The translations under genes and the position numbers were made by a program. Shown here piece after piece: positions 21,519 through 33,597 of a stretch of DNA of 64,000 nt; position 1 is the stretch's first letter; the number at the start of each line of letters is the position of its first letter. Where the stretch lies: IMG/VR virus record IMGVR_UViG_2831987924_000001. The stretch is one strand, 5' to 3'. Below the pieces are notes generated by a model, which searched no databases, was not told where the DNA came from, and saw only the letters and a program-made list of their open reading frames with translations. The stretch comes from a virus. Lineage: Duplodnaviria > Caudoviricetes.

Positions 21519-22877
21519 TTATGCCAAATCTAATTCTTTAAAGAATTTATACACGCCTTGTTTCGCTCTTGTTACTACATTCTTATTTTTATCCAACACT
21601 TTATATTCTTGCCATTGTTTATTGTCTCTTGAAAAATCAATTTTTGAAACAATGTTAGGTAACTGTTCTAATGAAATACCCTCATCTTTCATTCGTTTAG
21701 ATAATAATACATATCCATAAAACATTACATTAGCGTTAATCAAACTTTTTTCTCTTATCGCTGCTACATCACCTAAAAATTCATCTGGAAATGCATAGAA
21801 CAATTTGTTGAAGAATTCTTTTAAATAATTCGCTGTCTTAATCGCTTCAACTCTATCCTCAATTCCATACACTTCATCAATAGCATCTGCTAATGTTTTT
21901 AACGATACTAATAACGATGTTGTATGTGGGATATTTTCAGATGGTGAAATTCTACTTTTCAATTCACTATTGTATTTCAACTGATCTACGATAAAATCAG
22001 CCTGTCTTTCTTTTTTAATATTTTCTAAATGCCCTTTACCGATTGGTTCAATTGTATTCATTTGTGCAAAGTATGCTCTTGCTTTTGGTATGTCAAAGTT
22101 GACCACATTAAGCATAAATGTCATATCTGCATCAGGATTTTCTTCTAGTGCTTTGACAATTGCCGTTACACGATGGAATCCGTCAAGACAATCCAATAAC
22201 GTACCTTTTTGAATTGTAAGCTCCATTGTTGATTCATCATAAACTAATTCAATACCATCATCAGCAGTACCTAAACGAGCATTGAACGTTAGTGTTGAAG
22301 GTAAAGCATCACCTTTTACAATAGATTCTTTAATATGTTCCATGTGTTTCTTATTAATTTTTACTTCTTGAATAATATTGTTTGGATCATTTTTATCTAC
22401 TCGAACTCTTGCTTCACGTTGCGTTTCAAAGTTATATTGCAGCAATTTATTGTCCATGAAGAGTTTAATTTCACTTGCTTTTATTGTAGTAAGAAACATA
22501 TCTGGTGCAACTTGAATAGCTGGTTTAAGTGTATAAGGAAAATCAACTTTCTTTTGTACTTCACCTTCAAATGTACTTTTTACTTCTTTGATTTCCCTTT
22601 GTGAAAAATAATTCTCAGGATTCAATTCTAAATTACCCGAAGCAATATAAACTTGTTCTGTTAGTAAGCATAAGAATTTGTCATCAATTTGTTTTAATTG
22701 TTCTTCTGGTTCATTCAAGATCAATTGCACTGTTCCCGGTAAAATTTTATATTTCTTTAAGCCGTTTTTAACCTTTGTAACACGCTTCTTATCTGCTTTA
22801 ATACTTTCAATAGTAGCCACAAGAATTTCTTGTAGCTGTCCTTTATTTTTCATTTTAACAACCACTCCTTTTTTCAA
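21519..22877 (-). CDS. YopQ-like protein with ParB/DndB-like motif
   Basis: QYNFETQRE, LDGFHR; synteny. Confidence 0.75.
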   Translation of the reverse strand: MKKGVVVKMKNKGQLQEILVATIESIKADKKRVTKVKNGLKKYKILPGTVQLILNEPEEQLKQIDDKFLCLLTEQVYIASGNLELNPENYFSQREIKEVKSTFEGEVQKKVDFPYTLKPAIQVAPDMFLTTIKASEIKLFMDNKLLQYNFETQREARVRVDKNDPNNIIQEVKINKKHMEHIKESIVKGDALPSTLTFNARLGTADDGIELVYDESTMELTIQKGTLLDCLDGFHRVTAIVKALEENPDADMTFMLNVVNFDIPKARAYFAQMNTIEPIGKGHLENIKKERQADFIVDQLKYNSELKSRISPSENIPHTTSLLVSLKTLADAIDEVYGIEDRVEAIKTANYLKEFFNKLFYAFPDEFLGDVAAIREKSLINANVMFYGYVLLSKRMKDEGISLEQLPNIVSKIDFSRDNKQWQEYKVLDKNKNVVTRAKQGVYKFFKELDLA

Positions 22878-22927
22878 CTCCTTCTCATTATAATATTATA
22901 CCCAAATGTATAAAATGTAAACATTTT

Positions 22928-23953
22928 TTATTGTCGATTTTCATCATTTATAATTTCTTTAAGTTTTATGTTTAAAATTAATTGTATGTCTTTTGGGCAG
23001 TTTTCGATTGCTTTAATTAATTCTTCATGCGAAACTTTTTTATATAATTCCTCATCAATTTTATTTCCAAATGATACCGCGCCAGTAACTCCATAATCAC
23101 GTAAGTCTAAATATCTCATTGTTACTATCGGATTAGAATGCCCTGCTGCTTTCATCGCTTGCGTTAGATCACCTGTAATTCGATACTGAAATGTTACACC
23201 TGCTTTTCTAATACTATGAAATGTAATATTACGTTCTTCGGGAATATTCATAAGTTTTTTTAATCTGCACACCATATCATCAACTGAATCAACTGAAATC
23301 GGGAAGACACGTTCCTCCCCTTCTTTTTTAATATTTAATAATTCACTATAAAATTCTTTACTAATTTTCTGACGAAACTCTTTATTCCCTTTATCAATTG
23401 CATGAACAATTACACCATCTTCTACTTCTTCAAAGTCTGACCATTTTAATTTTAAAATAGCTTGCTTTCGCAAACATGTATCTAATGCAAACAAGATAAA
23501 ATAATACTTTATTTCTTTATATTCTCGTTCTTTTTCTCTGGCTAAACGAGCCATTTCCCACACTTCATGTACATCTAATACTCCATATTTATTATCTTGA
23601 GTTTTTAACCATTTGACTTTTTTGAAGAAATCTGTATTAATACCCCATTCATTTGCTTTTAAATTTTCTAAAAGACTTCGTACTGCCGATATTTTTCTGT
23701 TAATTGTTGATCTAGCCAATCCGTTATCTAATAAAATTTGTTTAAATTTCTCTACATCATTTTTACGCAACTGAACATCTTCCAATGTTAAATGCTCTAA
23801 TTCTTTACCTTTGATTAATTGAAAAAACTGTCTTACATCCGTTTCATATGCTCTTCGTGTATGTTCACTTTCAACCCCCATCTCATTCAAAAAAATCATA
23901 ATATCATCATACAATTTATTATCGAAAAGTTGCACCACTTTTTGTGTATTCAT
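22928..23953 (-). CDS. Tyrosine recombinase, YopP-like, catalytic residues present
   Basis: CLRK, DKG, FHSIR, AGHS, TMRY. Confidence 0.9.
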   Translation of the reverse strand: MNTQKVVQLFDNKLYDDIMIFLNEMGVESEHTRRAYETDVRQFFQLIKGKELEHLTLEDVQLRKNDVEKFKQILLDNGLARSTINRKISAVRSLLENLKANEWGINTDFFKKVKWLKTQDNKYGVLDVHEVWEMARLAREKEREYKEIKYYFILFALDTCLRKQAILKLKWSDFEEVEDGVIVHAIDKGNKEFRQKISKEFYSELLNIKKEGEERVFPISVDSVDDMVCRLKKLMNIPEERNITFHSIRKAGVTFQYRITGDLTQAMKAAGHSNPIVTMRYLDLRDYGVTGAVSFGNKIDEELYKKVSHEELIKAIENCPKDIQLILNIKLKEIINDENRQ

Positions 23954-23977
23954 TGTTATTACCCCTTTATAATTTAT

Positions 23978-24196
23978 TTAATTAATTTGATTAGTTAGCA
24001 ATTCCATATACCCTTTGATCATTTCTTGTCTTATGTTACGTTTCTTTCTGGCTATGTATATTATATCACTCGACCATTTAAAATTCAACATATTTTTATA
24101 TTTTATTTCATAGATATTAATTACCTTCGCGCTCATAATGTTTTTCACCTCCTCTGTATTACACATTATATACAAGGAGGATTGAATATATACCAT
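23978..24196 (-). CDS. Small hypothetical protein (likely start near 24138)
   Basis: GAGGAGGTG RBS before MSAKVINIYE. Confidence 0.5.
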   Translation of the reverse strand: MVYIQSSLYIMCNTEEVKNIMSAKVINIYEIKYKNMLNFKWSSDIIYIARKKRNIRQEMIKGYMELLTNQIN

Positions 24197-24231
24197 AATT
24201 TTATATTTTGAATAAAGGCAGAATTTTATAC

Positions 24232-24262
24232 AGAAATCCGCCCTAAATAACAGGCGGATTTC
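24232..24262. terminator. Hairpin, probable terminator
   Basis: AGAAATCCGCC...GGCGGATTTCT. Confidence 0.6.
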
Positions 24263-24269
24263 TTAATTA

Positions 24270-25229
24270 TTATAATTTATTTATATATGTATGTAATAAC
24301 TGCTTAAAAATTTCTTCACACACCTTAACAACTATACTGTTTCCAGCTAACTTATACAATCTTGTTCTCGATTTATCTTTTCCTTTGAAATATGTATTAT
24401 TTATCGCTTCTTTTGCTTTATTATAATCATCTTCAGTGAATCCCATCAATAAAAAACACTCTTTTGGTGTCATTGTACGAATTTTATAACCGAAAATTTC
24501 TTTTTCAACTCTTAATTCATATTTAGTACATACAGAAGGGATATGTCCACCACCTACAGCAGTCCTAATAGTTGGCGAATAATGATAAAATATTCTTGGC
24601 TCTTTTTCTTTAAAACCACCGTATATGTTATGTAATATTGGCAGCACAGCATCTTCTTCTAAATAGTCCAATAAATTGTTACAAATTTCATTTTTATTTG
24701 GAAAAGAAAAAACTTGATCAATATCTTTTCGTATGCTTACTATAAAAACACGCTCTCTGTTTTGTGGAAATCCATAATCTAATGCATTCAACACTTTCCA
24801 ATAATTTTTATAACCTGCTTTTTCTAATTCATCTAACATTGTTTTAAATTCATTTTTAAATTTCTTTTGTGTTAACCCTTTTACATTTTCCATAATGGCA
24901 TATTTCGGTTGTTTTTCTTTAATAATACGTAAAGCATCGAAAAATAAAATTCCACGTTGATCTTCAAATCCCAATTCTTTTCCTTGTCTAGAAAACGGCT
25001 GACAAGGAGGTGAATAACATATAATATCGCAATCTGGAACATCTCTTTCATCTAATTGTGTAATATCTATTGGTTTAAAATTTGTATCATGTATTGCATT
25101 ATAAGCTGTTATAGGATATTTATCGTTTTCAACAGCTAATACTACTTTATGCTGCACATTTAAATTTTCTAATGCTTTGCTCCAAGCACCAATACCGGCA
25201 AATAACTATACAACTTTCAATGTATTCAT
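24270..25229 (-). pseudogene. C5-cytosine DNA methyltransferase with TAG at codon 8
   Basis: MNTLKVV*LFAGIG from ATG 25229; SPPCQ, ENV, QNRER, AGNS downstream. Confidence 0.85.
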
Positions 25230-25298
25230 TTAATAAAATCACCTCATTTTTATAATTTATTTAAATTAAATAAAAATGAAATTTCATTTGATTTTTTA

Positions 25299-25607
25299 TT
25301 ATTTGACTTTAATCTTTTTCATATCCTTTTTGTATAATTCATGCCCAAATCTTCCGCACTTCCGATTTAATAAAACACCTTCATTTTCTGCTTCAATATT
25401 TAATTGTTCTGTATTATCCCATGTATAATCATTTAAAAACTCTTTTAAACTTTTATATCCCATTTGTTTAATTTTTTCTTTGAGCCATTTTTTAGGTACT
25501 TCAAAAGAAATTCCAAAATCAGTATCATTTTCTTCATCGTATGTACCGTATGTCCACAATTCAATAAAGTTTCTCTTTTTCATATATAAACCTCCTTCAT
25601 TTATCAT
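25299..25607 (-). CDS. Hypothetical protein
   Basis: ORF with RBS. Confidence 0.55.
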   Translation of the reverse strand: MINEGGLYMKKRNFIELWTYGTYDEENDTDFGISFEVPKKWLKEKIKQMGYKSLKEFLNDYTWDNTEQLNIEAENEGVLLNRKCGRFGHELYKKDMKKIKVK

Positions 25608-26127
25608 CCAACAATATCTTTAAAGCCTTCTCATACCTCTCCTTCAAACTCGGTTTCAATGTTTCTGTCCGTGATAAATTATGTTTTATATCGGCAATTT
25701 TTACCTTCCAAGCTATCTCACCAACCTTTGTTTCATTATCCTTCCACCATTTAATTGTTTTAATATAATCAAAATATGTTTGATCATATTCTAAATTTCT
25801 TGTCAATAATTTAATTGCATTATAAATGGTGACATTTGTTAATTCTAATAACATCGCTCGTATTTGATAGCAATTCGGATTATCTTCTAATATGTCATGA
25901 AAAAGACCTACAATCCATTCATCAGTCATCTCTGGGAACTGATTTGCTACTGCCAATGGATGTGTGATGTCATCGTAATATTGTTTGGCAAATTGAATTA
26001 ATTTTTCTTTTAATTCTTCTTTACTCAATCTTAAACCTCCCATTGACTTCTGTTTTATATTTTCTCTGACTCGGACTATCTTTCCAATAATGATACACAA
26101 ACTCAATTTCGTTATTTTCATTAACAA
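25597..26127 (-). CDS. HD-domain protein (small RelA/SpoT-hydrolase-like); true start probably near 26027
   Basis: HPLAVA, LFHDILED, VKIADIKHN. Confidence 0.75.
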   Translation of the reverse strand: MLMKITKLSLCIIIGKIVRVRENIKQKSMGGLRLSKEELKEKLIQFAKQYYDDITHPLAVANQFPEMTDEWIVGLFHDILEDNPNCYQIRAMLLELTNVTIYNAIKLLTRNLEYDQTYFDYIKTIKWWKDNETKVGEIAWKVKIADIKHNLSRTETLKPSLKERYEKALKILLDDK

Positions 26128-26875
26128 ATTTCTTCTCTCTATACAACCGATAATCTATTTCAAAATTATGATTATGTACTGATACAAAACATCTCGGGAA
26201 TGTTGCTTTGCAATAAGGTTTATCATATCTTTCATAAAATGGTTTATATATATTAGGCAATAATTTAGCTAATTTGCCATCATCAATCACAACTTCACCG
26301 AATTTTGCGCTGCCGATAATTCTTGTTTTATCTACACTCCACGGTCTATAATAGTCACTACCTAAAAACTCTAAATAATCATCAAAATTAAATTCTGGTG
26401 ATGAAGGATTTTTAATTTTCGCTTCATAATTTCTGCAAATGTTATTGTGTCCGCTAATTTTTACGCATTCGGGCAATTTGTCGCATGATTCGTCTTCGCT
26501 ATAATGAGTACCTTTAAAGTGTTTACAATTTGCACATCTGTACCTTATTGCATATTCGCCTTTGTATTCAAGCGATTTCATTAATTCATGGTTAATCAAA
26601 TTATCAACTCCTTTTATATTCCAATTAAAATATACTTTTCATTCAGATTGATAAATCCTTTCAGATTCTTTCATGTGTTCTAAACAGACTTTTAACCCCT
26701 CTACTTTACCTTTTAATCGACTATATTCAAATTTATTATGAATATAATTATTTTTATAATCTTCAAGATATTTAATACTATTTTCTAACCAACGCTTTGT
26801 ATCATTCCAAACATCTTGATTCATACTAACGACCTCCCATAAAATCCTTCTTTTGTCCAAAGTTCGCTTCTTCAA
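26021..26875 (-). CDS. Two hypothetical genes (26021-26599, 26639-26825)
   Basis: ORFs with RBSs. Confidence 0.55.
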
Positions 26876-26990
26876 GCAAACCTTTCCGTTATCATTGTAA
26901 CGGCTACACTCATACGAGTGGCAGTGGACATCTGCATTTACTACTTCAACTTAACTTAAGTAGTTAAGTTATCCGTAGATACTTTTTGGT
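26876..26990 (-). ncRNA. Putative omegaRNA of tnpB
   Basis: Several hairpins just 3' of tnpB (ACTACTT/AAGTAGT, CACTC/GAGTG, CCGTTA/TAACGG); ends approximate. Confidence 0.5.
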
Positions 26991-28148
26991 TGTGTAATAT
27001 TTTAGATTTGTATTTGCATTATTATTTAAGATGTTAATTGCTCCAACTAAATCTCGATGTTGTTTATAACCACATGAACACTCATAATTTCTTTTATTTG
27101 GTTTATTTAATTCGCCGCAATTTGGACATTTCTTTGATGTATATTTTTCATTAATTTTAACTAGTTTAATTCCATATCTGCTCAATTTATTTTCTAATTG
27201 TCTTATAATTTCACCAAAATTCCACTGTGATAATTTTTGTCTGACGAATCTATTTCCTTTTTTATTTTGTTTTGTATTTCTTGTGGCTGAGTCTAAATCC
27301 CCATAATAAACTACGCTTACATTATTTTGAATACAGAAGTCTAAATATAATTTTGTTATTTTGTGTACAGCGTCATTTATTTTTCTTTCTGTTTTATACG
27401 TCAATTTTCTCAATGCATTCATATATTTCAAATATTGTTTACTACCCTTTTTACACTTGCTCATTCTTTTATAAATTTCTGCTTGATGTTTATTTCTCAA
27501 TTGTTTAATTGATCTCAATTTCCGACCTGTGATAATAACGGCATTACCACATGTGTCGATAGAAGTGATGGAGTGTATTTCACCAAGATCGATAGCAGCG
27601 TGATTATCTGATTGAATTTGATGATATTGAACTTTTTCTTTATATTTAATTGCAAGATAAAGTTTGTCTCTATAAACTAATTCAATTTCTACAATGTTTT
27701 GTGGAATATTTTTAACATAGCATACAACTGGTTTTTGTTTTCGATATTTACCGTTTATTTTTTCTTTAGTCATTGGTTTAGCTAACATTAATTTATTTCC
27801 GTTTATTTTATAACTTTGCGAATCCCATCCTGTAACAAAATATTTCTTTTGTTTGTATGGATAAAACACATCTTTCCTTCCCTCCTCTTTAGCTCTTCTT
27901 GCCGCATCTCTTGCAAAAAGATATTTATGAACTACATGATGAATTCCTTTCGCATGAAGAGGGACACATTGTTTAGTTAATTTCTGCAATTCATTTCTCT
28001 GAATCCATCTACCATTATTTTGTTCCCTATATTCTTTTTCGATTTTTAAACATAAATTCCATACTTCTGCTGAAAGTTTATTACAGTTAAGTAAATATAA
28101 ATAGTCTTCTTTTGAACATTTAACTGGAACAATAAGAGTTTTATACAT
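26964..28148 (-). CDS. tnpB: TnpB-family RNA-guided nuclease, no adjacent tnpA
   Basis: AIDLGEIH, YYGDL, YTSKKCPNC, CSCG, HRDLVGAINIL. Confidence 0.9.
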   Translation of the reverse strand: MYKTLIVPVKCSKEDYLYLLNCNKLSAEVWNLCLKIEKEYREQNNGRWIQRNELQKLTKQCVPLHAKGIHHVVHKYLFARDAARRAKEEGRKDVFYPYKQKKYFVTGWDSQSYKINGNKLMLAKPMTKEKINGKYRKQKPVVCYVKNIPQNIVEIELVYRDKLYLAIKYKEKVQYHQIQSDNHAAIDLGEIHSITSIDTCGNAVIITGRKLRSIKQLRNKHQAEIYKRMSKCKKGSKQYLKYMNALRKLTYKTERKINDAVHKITKLYLDFCIQNNVSVVYYGDLDSATRNTKQNKKGNRFVRQKLSQWNFGEIIRQLENKLSRYGIKLVKINEKYTSKKCPNCGELNKPNKRNYECSCGYKQHRDLVGAINILNNNANTNLKYYTTKKYLRIT

Positions 28149-28688
28149 TGTATCACCTCCTTCTATAATTTAATATATAATATTTTTATAATAATATCAA
28201 TATTTTTATTATATTTTACTTAATTCTCTTCTTTTATTTGCTTTCCATCCATTTGATCGCTTCATTTATTTCTTACAACTTCTCTCTAATTCGATTTATT
28301 TTTGCTGGATGTATATAAATATCTTGACTAGCTTCCCAAATCATTCTATGTGGCAGTGCCGATTCATTAAACTTTTTCCATCTCGAATAACTCATATTTT
28401 AATCATGCCTTTTCCGCTTTTAATACTGTTAATGCGTAATGTTCCACAATATCACCTCATTCATACCAAGTTTCTAATTGTTTCATAAATTCTTCCATTT
28501 CTTCAATCGCTTCATTTAGTCCCATCATTTTACCTGTTATTGCAGCTTTCCTTATATCTGTTTTTACTTTATTTAATTTTTCTTCATACTCTTTTATCTT
28601 GTCTTGTAGACGTTCAATGATTGTTTCGGCAAATTCTTTATGAGTTAAAATTAATTTTTTATTGTTTATTTCACTCAATTATATCACC

Positions 28689-29057
28689 TTACTTTTTAAT
28701 CAAATCATATCTCACTACTCTGACCTTCAACCCTTTCTTTTTGGCGTATTCAATCATATGTTTTGTCCCATGACTCTTTCCATCCCAAAATGCCACCAGT
28801 GCATCTGAATAATTCCCCATTTCAATATTTCTCAAAATCCCTGCCTGTTTCCCTATGCTCCAATCAGCAGGAAATTGCTTTAACTTACAACCAAATTCAC
28901 GGGCAAACCGCTCCCCTAACCTGTCTGCACCTCTTGCTGTTCCCGACACGATTTCAACTTCAGATAAATCAAAGCCTTTGAGATAATGTAGTATTTTACT
29001 TTTCAACAACTCATAATCATCAAAATCCCTACTACCTGCAATGATTACTCTAAACAT
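28689..29057 (-). CDS. SLOG/DUF2493-family protein
   Basis: IIAGSR, SGTARGAD, AGILRN, FWDGKSHGT. Confidence 0.88.
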   Translation of the reverse strand: MFRVIIAGSRDFDDYELLKSKILHYLKGFDLSEVEIVSGTARGADRLGERFAREFGCKLKQFPADWSIGKQAGILRNIEMGNYSDALVAFWDGKSHGTKHMIEYAKKKGLKVRVVRYDLIKK

Positions 29058-29794
29058 GTTAATTCCTTCTTTATATTTTCTTTTACATGCTCTCTTACTA
29101 CATCCTCAACCCATCGTTTCATTTCTTCATTCGATTTATGTCCCTTGTACCAATCTTTAAGTTTTTCTATCGTATATTGTTCTGTCAATTGCATCATTTC
29201 ATCTAATTCTTGAACAGAATATTTACCTTTTCTGACACTTAACAAATTATCTCGTTGCGCTTCATATGTATACCGAATTGCTAATTGAAAATTGTAATTA
29301 AAATTTTTATATCGTTCTAAGAAATCCAAAATCCTTAAAGCAGACATAGCGTGTTTATTAACTTTATTCTTCCATTGTTCAGGATTGTTGAAATCATCTA
29401 TTGTTACATAGCTCAAATCTCGTTGGAAGTCTTTATACTTTTGATTAAACATACCCATACACGCATCATACAAATAAGGCAAATTCATTCGGACAATCTC
29501 TTCTCTTTTGCTACGCAGTTTATCATACAGTTCATCATATTTATGTACTTCCATTGAAAATAACACTTCAAGAAAATTAACATTAGATTTCCATAACATA
29601 TCAGGTAATTTACGAATGTCGTGATATTCAATGTCTTCTGTATCACTTGTGAATGATTTGGAATATTTTTCGCCTGAATACAAATCCTCAAATGATGGTA
29701 GAAAAAATGCCTTGAAATCCTTATCTGACGATTCGATCTGTAAATTGTAATTATGGCTGCCGACTAAAGCCTTAAAAGAGACTTTTCTATTCAT
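29045..29794 (-). CDS. Pol-beta superfamily nucleotidyltransferase (RlaP/YcgL-like)
   Basis: VGSHNYNL...SDKD, NVNFLEVLF. Confidence 0.82.
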   Translation of the reverse strand: MNRKVSFKALVGSHNYNLQIESSDKDFKAFFLPSFEDLYSGEKYSKSFTSDTEDIEYHDIRKLPDMLWKSNVNFLEVLFSMEVHKYDELYDKLRSKREEIVRMNLPYLYDACMGMFNQKYKDFQRDLSYVTIDDFNNPEQWKNKVNKHAMSALRILDFLERYKNFNYNFQLAIRYTYEAQRDNLLSVRKGKYSVQELDEMMQLTEQYTIEKLKDWYKGHKSNEEMKRWVEDVVREHVKENIKKELTCLE

Positions 29795-29806
29795 AATTCC
29801 ACCTCC

Positions 29807-31256
29807 TTAATCTTTCAACAATCCAAATTTCTCAAAAATCCTTAATTCGACATTCTTATATGCTTCAATCATTCCTTCTGCGTATACCTTTTGAACACCT
29901 GTTTTATCATTTAAACCTTCTTCAAGCATCTGGCGGATAAATTGAATATCAGCAAGCAATTCTAATATTTTAATGCGGTCATCACTCATTTTATATTCTC
30001 CTTTCTGGATCAAAACTGTCATTTATTCAGATAACTTCATATTATATTTCTTTATTTTATTTATAATATTCGACTTCTGAGCTTCTCCACACCACGCATA
30101 AGGATATGTATTTTTGCCTGCTTCAATTAATTCATCTGGATATTTACCTTTTTTCTGTTTAATAAACTCATCAAACGCTTTTTCATTAATTCGTTTCCAA
30201 CAATAATATATTTCTGTCGGATATTCTTCATCTGGATAGTGAATTATTTCATAAATCTCAAAATCCTCATGTGGATGAGTATCGCTAACCCATTTTTGAC
30301 CGACTTCTAAATTAATTTTCAAAGGTTACACCTCCTTCATTGCTTTCTTCAATTTGATATGTATTTCTCTGTTTACGTAATTGTTTCCGTTTTTCTTCAC
30401 ATATTAGTTCATAAAAAGCGAACAATTTTATAAAATCTGCTTTACTTGTTTCCACTAAATCACCTGATATCATTTTTACTTTATTTTTATATTTCTCATA
30501 CAAATCATTGAAGAAGTTCATTCGTTATCACCATCTTCATCAATCAATTCTATTGTAGTTAACTTATTTAATACATTTTTCGTCATCTCAATTAACTCAT
30601 CTATTGCATCTTTATCTTCTATATTTGCAAAACCTATTCTTTCAAGATAATATAAAGACTTACAAAGACCACTATAAATCACATCATAATCATAATTACA
30701 CATTTTATATTGACGGTACATTTAAATTCACCTCACAATAAATTTTCTTTATTAAATCTCCAAAATAAGTCACATTCCACTCACTCCTCATCATTATCAT
30801 ATTCTTCAATACTTACTTCAATTTTATAAGGAATATCAGGACTTTTTCTTATTTGTTTAGATAGTCAATCGACTAGTTGTGTTAAATCTCATCGTAACAT
30901 GATATGAATATTTTCTTATTCATTAATTATCAACCTCTCTAATTAAACAATTCAGCCCATTTTTCATCATTTTTCAAATAATCTCTTATAATTGTTCTAG
31001 GAATTACACAATGCATTTCAAATTCTTTATCCTGAGTTAAGTTTAGAATATAGTGATTCCTCCATCCTCTTAAATTCATAGCTTTAACAACAAATCTTAT
31101 GTAAAATTTATCTGTTTCAATAATACAATGATCTTTCGTTTCTATATCTTTTGTTATTTTGTCTTTCAGCATCAATCTAAACAATCTGTAATACATTTTT
31201 AAATCTTTAATATTCTCTGTTACTACGCCAATTAACACTTTGTCATATGTGATCAT
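29807..31256 (-). CDS. Cluster of small hypothetical genes including a degraded ORF at about 30730-30922
   Basis: ORF track; the degraded ORF has a frameshift and two TGAs. Confidence 0.55.
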
Positions 31257-31307
31257 CTAATTCTCCTTTCTGAACAAAATTAAAATTTTAAACAATTATT
31301 TTTATAA

Positions 31308-32078
31308 TTATTTAATATTATGTATTCTAGGAATAATAATTTCATTTATGTATTGCTCATTTATTTCACTCGCTATGTAATTGCGATTATTTCTTATACA
31401 TGAAACAATTTCACTTCCACTTCCTGCGAATGGTATGTATACTAAATCGCCTTCATTTGAAGCAACTTTTACAATAATATCACAAACTTATTCATGTTTA
31501 GGAGTAAAATGCCCTTGTTTACGTTGATTCCCATAAATCCATACATTACTTCTTAATTTACCTCTTGGATCAGGAATATACCCTCTTTCAATATCTTTTT
31601 TATTTCTTTTCTTTAATATAGTTTCATAATCATCTTTATAAGGCTCTCTCACATCATCTGCATTAAAAATATAATTCTTTTTGTCATTAACAAATGAAAT
31701 ACAATTCTCGAATAATTGTCTAAATTTACATTTTCCACCGATTGGATTCCCATTTGGTTTGTACCAAATATTCTCTTGCAGTGGCTCAAAATATTTTTTA
31801 GCAATATGAACAATTGAATGTATTGTCGGGAAAATACCCCAAATATATACACTTCCATTTGGTTTTAATAATCGTTTAAATTCTTTAAGCCACAACTCAC
31901 ACCAATCAAGATATTCATTTTCATTATTCCATTGTTTATCCCATTTTTCATTAACTACATCATAGTAAGGAGGATCAGCAATAATTAAATCAAAACCATT
32001 AAATCCATTTTTACCAATTTCAAATCTTTTCATTGTTTTTAAACAGTCTTCGTTATATATTTTGTTTAATTCTAACAA
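31308..32078 (-). pseudogene. N6A/N4C DNA methyltransferase with in-frame TAA at 31490-31488
   Basis: DPPY...HFTPKHE*VCDIIVKVASNEGDLVYIPFAGSG; the SAM motif lies after the stop. Confidence 0.88.
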
Positions 32079-32116
32079 AATATCACCACCTTTATAATTT
32101 ATTTAAAATGAGAAAT

Positions 32117-33536
32117 TTATAAACTCATTATTATGGTATCTGTAACATCAATCTCTTTTATTTCGATTTTCACTATTTTGACATTATCAAAATCTTTTAA
32201 TATATAACGTATATCTTCATAATCTAAGTCTTTAGCTAAATATCTGTTTGTAGTAAATTCAATATCATAAATATTTTCATTTACGGGTATAATATTTTTC
32301 ACCCAAGAATTACCTACTCTTGCTTTATACATATGCTTTATCTGCTCCCTTCATTTGATAAAAAACAAGATTTTAATTACTCTTAATTTCAATCGTAAGT
32401 AATCCAGAATTTGCTTTCACAGACATCAATCTGTTATTATATTCATCTTCTTCATGCCACGGTACATATACAGTTTTAATGCGTTCTTGATTCTCATTTA
32501 AAGTATCTATAGTAACAATGTCATTATGTTCCGTAATTCTTCCAAGTATGTTTGGTCTATCTTCAACATTGTTACTCATTGGATTACCTATATACATACC
32601 TAATGGCTCGTCTTGTTCAAGACTATTGTATTGAAGTTCACTTTCATCATTATATGAAATTGATAACAATATATAATCAGTTTCATATGTATTATCTTCA
32701 TAAAATCCTTTTTCGTCAGTTAATTTCTCTAAATTTCCATATTTTAATTCTTTGATCCTGTCAATTGGAATAATGATTGATTCACAATTTTCAAAACCAA
32801 TTTCTATATATTTCCCTTTCATACGTGTTCACCTCATTTTGATTAAAATGTGTAGTTTATTCATCTTTAAAAATTTTTTCAAATTCATTCCAAATATCAT
32901 ACTTTCTTGCAAGTAATAAAAATTCATCTTCACTTAAATCTGGAAAATAATCTTTTGACTTTGCCCATTTCAAAGCTTCTTCCCAATTGTTGTATTCCTC
33001 GCTTTGAGAAAAGTGAAAAGAATTTAATATTGTATTCATTAAAATTGCTTCAATCTTTTCTTTATTGTTATCTTTCATTCTATCACCTCCGATAAAAGAT
33101 GAATTTCATTCATAATACTTAATTGTATATCCATCTAACAATTTCAATTCCTTTAACTTCTCATATTCTTCTTTTTCAAGAATTTTTTCATAACCAACAT
33201 GCTTTACCGCGATTTCATATGCAAACACCAAAATTCGCATAAAATCAATATAAGAATCAGCACCACAAATATGATAATATCCATCTATTTCATTATCAGT
33301 TTTATCACCACAATCTTGACCATAAAACCAAAAATGAGAACACCCATCCCATTCTACCAAAACATCTGCAAAAAAAATTCTGTTTCATAAGGGCTTCCAT
33401 CATCATTCCATGAAACAGTCTGCTTAATTGTGCCACTTATTGAAAGTTCATAATTTTTATTTTGTTCGTATGTAGCAATGACATTCCCTTGATTATCGAT
33501 CAATTCGGCTTTTTTAATCATTTTTATTCCTCCCAA
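32117..33536 (-). CDS. Five small hypothetical genes
   Basis: ORFs with RBSs. Confidence 0.55.
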
Positions 33537-33597
33537 TAAACATGACTTTTATTTAATTTATCAATATTAATAACAAAATATTTTATTTATGTATTTT

